Positions 58,622 through 64,000 of a stretch of 64,000 nucleotides of DNA are shown piece after piece; position 1 is the first letter of the stretch; each line of letters opens with the position of its first letter. The DNA is from Felis catus (lineage: Eukaryota). The stretch spans positions 17,918,001 through 17,982,000 of the forward strand of contig NC_058382.1 of the NCBI RefSeq assembly GCF_018350175.1, written 5' to 3'. Both the position numbers and the translations under genes were made by a program. A model generated the notes under the pieces. The model ran no database searches and was not told the origin of the DNA. It was given only the letters and a program-made list of their open reading frames with translations.

Positions 58622-59701
58622 ATGTTTTCCAACCTGACAGCTCCTGTATGTGCATCTGTCCTTATCCCACTGGGCTCTAGGAGGGAATCAGGGTGAAGTA
58701 GACTCCAAGACTGGGAGGCAGAAGTCTTGAATTCTGAGAGGGTAGCAGGCAGTGATGAAGGAGGAGGTGGGAAGGGCTTATCAGGATGGCAAGAGACACC
58801 GTGTGTCCTAGCTCCTCAGGACTGGCTGACATACTTGAGGAGCATGAGGCTGCCAGTCGCTTGCTAAGATCCCCAGAATCTTAGCAAGGAATCAAACCTG
58901 CTTCCGGAACCACTGGTGCCCTCCCCCACCTGCCTTCTGAGAACCTGATTCCTTTGGTGGTGGCAACTTGGTATAACAGAGACGTCTGGAAGCCAAGGCT
59001 CAGGACACAGCGGAAATCATACGAGCTCATCTAAGATCCTTTTTTTTTTTTTTTTTTTAAGAATTAGGTAGGTAGGTTATAACCTATAAAGAAAGAAAAC
59101 TAGTGATGTGACCCTGTGCCTTTCTAAATCTCCACTTCTTTATCTGTGGAACGAGTGTGGACATAAACAAGGATGATAATAACTACCCTGTGGCGTTGTT
59201 GTGAAAGTCAAAAGAGATAAGGTGTGTATGTAAAGCCCCTTGCACAGGGCTGGGCATACAGTAGGTACTCAACAGTGACGTCTTCCTTCCATTTCCGTAA
59301 AGAGCTGCCGCAATGACCCAGAATCATTATTTACTCACTCCCCAATCATCCATCCAACCACTGACTGCAAAGGTCTTGAAACACGGAATGGCTTCCATTT
59401 CAGTTCTGCATACGTATTCTGCATGGAATCTCTGTCTGCTCTGTGTCCTTAAAATGTTGAATTAGTTGGGATTAATTCTGGTTTCTCTTGAAAACAGAAA
59501 ATCAGAGAGCAATGGACTTGTGATGGGCTTAAGTCAAGGTTTAACAGCCGCCCTCTTTACAGGACATGGTCTCCAGGTCAGTAAAATTCCACTTTGCGAG
59601 TTTCACTGACTTACATTGCCTTTTGGCCTATACAAGCTACTGAGCTTGCAAACTGTGGCCTGTAGCCTACTTGTGGAAGTGGACTACAAAGGGAAATTAA
59701 A

Positions 59702-60238
59702 TGTGGGGGGAAGCTAAAACTTCCTTTTTCCCTCTGCAATTCTCTGGCTGGCCTAAGAACTAAACTGACGGAAGACAGATTAACAGGAGAAAAGCATACA
59801 AAGCTATTTGGTGTAGTTTTACACATACACAGGAGGCTTCAGAAGGAAAATGAAGACTCAAAGGAGCCATTAGGCCCAAAAGCTCATGTACCTTTTTGCA
59901 CGAAGAATGACAAGTTGTGGGGATGTGACCAGACAAAGGGGCTTGGACTACGGGTAATATGCTGTGGGACAGTGATTAGGAAATAAATGGGGGAAACGAA
60001 TGGAAGGTAAGGGTTATTTTAGTAGCTTTGTTTATACAGACTGGAGTTGACTCCAGGTCTCTGCTGATAAGAACGTTCTTCTCTTCCTGGTACGGGCAGG
60101 GCACCTTTCTCAAGGACAATTTTATGACCTGCTTTTAGGTAGAAAGGGCAAGAGAGTCCTTCCTGCATCTGTTTCTCAATCGCCTTCAGCTTAAACAGCA
60201 GTGTTATTTCAGGGGGTGGCACGTTCTGCACCCCATCA
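59702..60238 (-). mobile_element. Solo LTR (ERV1 class, MER34/CarLTR-like)
   Basis: TG...CA ends; minus-strand start TGATGGGGTGCAGAACGTGCCACCCC; similar to the element at 60895. Confidence 0.6.
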
Positions 60239-60574
60239 CTTGGTTCCTGTTTACAAAGGGCTTCCAGACAAGACAAATAAGACATGTGAATGTTGCTTCT
60301 ATCCTTCCTGTTGGCTAACGAACAATAATAGACACACACATAAATGAGATGCAACTTATAAATGGGATGATCAACAGAAAAGAAAAAAAAATGGAGGCTG
60401 CTCAAATGCCACAATCCTTTGAAATATTTAGCAAAGACTGAATGCTCCGAATTCGGGTGATAGGAACGAGTAGAGGAGGGAGGAGGGGAGGTCCTTAAGA
60501 TGCTTGTACTGAGTGGCTGGGTTTTAGGGGAGGCCAGGAGTCATCACACACAAGTCGAGAGCGTTTTTGAGCTA

Positions 60575-60760
60575 AAGCAGTTCTCCAGGTGTAGACCTGG
60601 GATCGGCAGCATCAGCATTACCTGGGAACTTTTGAGAAACGCAAACCTTGGGCCCACCCCATATCTGTTAGATCAGAAACTGGGGGGAGGGCACAGCGAT
60701 CTGTGTTTTATCAAGCCCTCTAGATGATTCTGATGCACTGTAGCTTCAGGACCACTGAGA
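60575..60760. mobile_element. MER5A-like hAT MITE
   Basis: 'cagcatcagcattacctgggaac...gatgattctgatgcac...accactg'. Confidence 0.7.
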
Positions 60761-60894
60761 AAAGGAAAGCCAGAGAATGATTAATGTCAAATCAGCACAT
60801 CTCCTTAGAGGGAGAGACCATCCTGCGGTAGGGGAGGGGCACCTGGAGCGGGGTGGTGACACTATTCGTGTTTTTATTTTTTCCTTAAATATAC

Positions 60895-61379
60895 TGTAGG
60901 GGAGGAGAAATACCTTTTCATTCTACCCTTCTAGGTCTTGGCTAGGTCTCTGTAACAAAAGACGGATTAACAAGAGAAAGGCATACACATTTATTTAATA
61001 TAAATTTTACATGACACAGGAGTCTTCATAAGGAAATGAAGGCCTGAAGAAGTAGTTAACGCTGTTTTTGTGCCGGGTTTGATGAAGAGTGGAGTCATGG
61101 AAAAAATGCGATAGGATGAAGGGGTATAAAGTCAGCGTGGCAAACGAGGAAAACTTAGCAAGGCGTGTTCATTCAGATTCCTCTTGTGGGGGACTCCATC
61201 TTGGAGATAAAGATGATCCTTTCCTCAGGGTATGGGGAAGGTACTTGTCACGTGAGGGGTCTGCTTCAGGGGAAGGTCAGAGAGTCCTTCCTGCGTCTAT
61301 TTTCTCAAATTATTTCAGCTTGAAATGTTCAATATGCCAAGGCACCATATTTTGGGGTAACATGGCCTGAGGTCTGTCA
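60895..61379 (-). mobile_element. Solo LTR (ERV1 class, MER34/CarLTR-like)
   Basis: TG...CA ends flanked by ATATAC on both sides; related to 59702-60238. Confidence 0.65.
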
Positions 61380-62066
61380 ATATACATTTTATACGCACTT
61401 ACGTATACAGCATTTCACAGTAAGATGCTACTAAAACAAGAGATTATCTTTGAGTAACTTGTGAGTGCTAAGGGAATACAGAGTAAAGTGATAATTTAAT
61501 TCTAAGAGGACTGGAATCCTAAGGGGAAAAAAAGAAGTGTATACATGTTTTTGTAAATGATTGATGGATGTATTCTAGATCAAATGAAACTGACAAAAAT
61601 ATACCACCCCTGGCCAGGTGATTCAGAGGATTCAAAGAATGGAAGACAAGACCCCCTACTTTCTATGGAATGTGTAGGATGAGGAAGAAGCCAGGACATA
61701 GTCGCACTTCACTGTATACGTCACCCAAACAAGAGCATCTTGGGTAGAAACTATGCCACCCACTAAACACGATGCAGAGACATATGTTGAGATATAGAAC
61801 AATTTCTAAGATAGAGTAAAAGGAAAAAAGAAAGCAACAGAGAAGTGTGAATAGTATGTTCATAAAAGACAGTACAAATACATGTTCCAACATGCATAAA
61901 ATATCTCTAGAATAAAACTCAAGAAGTAACAGCGATCACCTCTGGGGACTGATGTACTTTCACTCTGAGTCCTTCTGGATTTTATGAAAAAACAAAAAAC
62001 CAAAACCAAAACCAAACCCATTTTTAACTCTGTGCACTCTTAAACATATTTAAAATAACATGTTAA

Positions 62067-62543
62067 AGGGGCGCCTGGGTGGCTCAGTCGGTTGAGTGCC
62101 CGACTTCAGCTCAGGTCATGATCTCACAATCCGTGAGTTCGAGCCCCGTGTCGGGCTCTGTGCTGACAGCTCAGAGCCTGGAGCCCGTTTCGGATTCTGT
62201 GTCTCCCTCTCTCTCTGCCCCTCCCCTGTTCATGCTCTGTCTCTCTCTGTCTCAAAAATAAATAAACGTTAAAAAAAATTCTGAAAAAAAAAATAACATG
62301 TTAAAGAACTAAAACTCTCTAAGAACCCTTTGCATTTTCAGGAAACAGGGCCTGGCGCGCCTGGGTGGCTCAGTAGGTTAAGCGTCCGACTTCAGCTCAG
62401 GTTATGATTTCACGGTTCATGGGATTGAGCCTGCTGTGATAGCAATGACAACGCGGAGCCTGCTTAGGATTCTGTCTCCTTCTCTCTCTGCACCTCCCCC
62501 AGGCTCTCTCTCTCTCTCTCTCAAAAATAAACATTAAAAAAAA
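62067..62543 (+). mobile_element. Two SINECs (62067-62278, 62355-62543)
   Basis: The first has TSD AAAATAACATGTTAAA. Confidence 0.9.
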
Positions 62544-62636
62544 ATAGCATTCAGGTAACAGGGCCTGGCCCATGAACTAGCCCAGACTGTGCACTTCTTA
62601 CCGAATCAATGAAATCAATTTCCCATACCTCTTTGT

Positions 62637-62798
62637 TAGTGTGGTCCTTGGACCAGCAGCATCAGCATCACCTGGCTTGTGAGACATTCAGAATCTCAGC
62701 CCACCTCACAGCTGATGAATCAGAATATGCATTTTAACAAGACCACCCTCCCCCCCCACCTCATGGTTCATATGTACAGTAAAGTTTGAGAAGCACTG
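62637..62798. mobile_element. MER5A-like MITE
   Basis: 'ggaccagcagcatcagcatcacctgg...aaagtttgagaagcactg'. Confidence 0.7.
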
Positions 62799-63034
62799 CC
62801 TGATGCATCAGGTTAAGTGCTGTGTAGAAATGTCTTCAAGGAGCTTATGATCTGGCTGAAGATAAAGGAAGTACACATACAGAAAGTGCTGGAAACCACT
62901 AGAAAAGAGTGTTTAAATTCAGCAAAAGGGAGAAATTCCTTTTGAGTCAGGGTAAAAAAAACTAGGGGAAGTTACGTTTCAGCTGGGCATTCACAATGGG
63001 ACTAAAAAACTACAATTTGATTTCACCCATAGGT

Positions 63035-63668
63035 AGAATTTAAGAAACAAATGATCATAGGGGGGAGAAAAAGAGAGAGGCAAACCAAGAAACAGACTCT
63101 TAGCTATGGAGCACAAACTGATGGTTGCCAGAGGAGAGGTGGGTTGGATGGGCGATGGGGATTCAGAAGTGCACTTGTGGGGCATCTATGGGGCTCAGTG
63201 GGTTCAGCGTCCGACTTCAGCCCAGGTCATGACCTCTCAGTTTGTGAGTTCAAGCCCCACATCTGCTGTCAGCAGACAGCCCGCTTCAGATCCTCTGTCC
63301 CTCTCTCTGTCTGCCCCTTCCCTGTCTACACTCCATGCTCAGCATGGAGTCCAATGTGGGGCTCGATCCCACGACCCAGGGATCATGACCTGAGCCGAAA
63401 TCAAGAGTTGGACACTCAACCACCTGAGCCACCCAGACGCCCCTTAAATATTTGATTATGAACTATTTCAAACATTCATCAAAATATGACAAACCACACT
63501 AACAAAAATAAATAAACATTAAAAAAATTTTAAAAAAAGAAGTGCACTTATGCTAAGCACTGGGTGATGTATGTAAGTGATGAATCATTAAATTGTACAC
63601 CTGCAACTAATATAATACTGTAATGTTAACTAACTGGAATTTAAAAACTTAAAAAATAAAAAATATAA
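63035..63668 (+). mobile_element. Carnivore L1 3' end interrupted by a composite SINE (63178-63538)
   Basis: 'aaactgatggttgccagaggagaggtggg' ... 'aattgtacacctgcaactaatataatactg' followed by an A-rich tail; SINE TSD AGAAGTGCACTT. Confidence 0.75.
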
Positions 63669-64000
63669 ACAACAACAACAATAAATTCTGTGGCTACCTT
63701 TAGAGGCTGCCAGGGACCAAATCATTATTTTGAGAACGGGTAAATAAAGGGAATAGATGAAGCGTTTTATTCTCTGTCTTGTATAAATGTACCTCAGGGC
63801 AAACCAACAATTTTTCTTACACAAAGATTTGCAGCTAATAAATGCAAATGGGATAATGGAATTATAATGTTACCGTTTTTGCAAAACTTAATAGTGGATT
63901 GAGGCTGATGTCAATGACTGCTAAAACCCACCAGGTGAAAGTCTGACGGGGCACTCTAAAGGGGTGAGGTCAGGCTGACAACCTGTGAACCGGTGGATTG

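Overview
Mammalian genomic DNA, most likely a felid judging from the many tRNA-derived CAN/SINEC_Fc-type SINEs. The region is syntenic to human 19q13.12. By reading splice sites I reconstructed five intact spliced genes. On the minus strand are TMEM147 (7 exons, 224 aa) and sperm GAPDHS (11 exons, 405 aa). On the plus strand is the stratified-epithelium secreted-protein cluster: SBSN (4 exons, 647 aa, with a homogenised 54-bp coding repeat), DMKN (19 coding exons in the long form, plus an alternative terminal exon and an internal signal-peptide first exon) and KRTDAP (6 exons, 99 aa). The rest is SINEs, L1/L2/MIR/MER5 remnants, a SINE-riddled Tigger1, two solo LTRs and a 282-N gap. Four observations stand out. 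(1) A 193-bp, about 98% identical, non-TE inverted duplication is inserted into an L2 just upstream of SBSN and duplicates a p63-like element. (2) A phase-0 micro-exon module encoding an F-[LI]-N-[WF]-x-x-hydrophobic motif recurs in SBSN, DMKN and KRTDAP. (3) All four epidermal promoters share an AP-1 plus TATA-like layout. (4) An in-frame exitron candidate would remove the SBSN repeat block. No database searches were run. Gene names and human comparisons come from recognition and recall.
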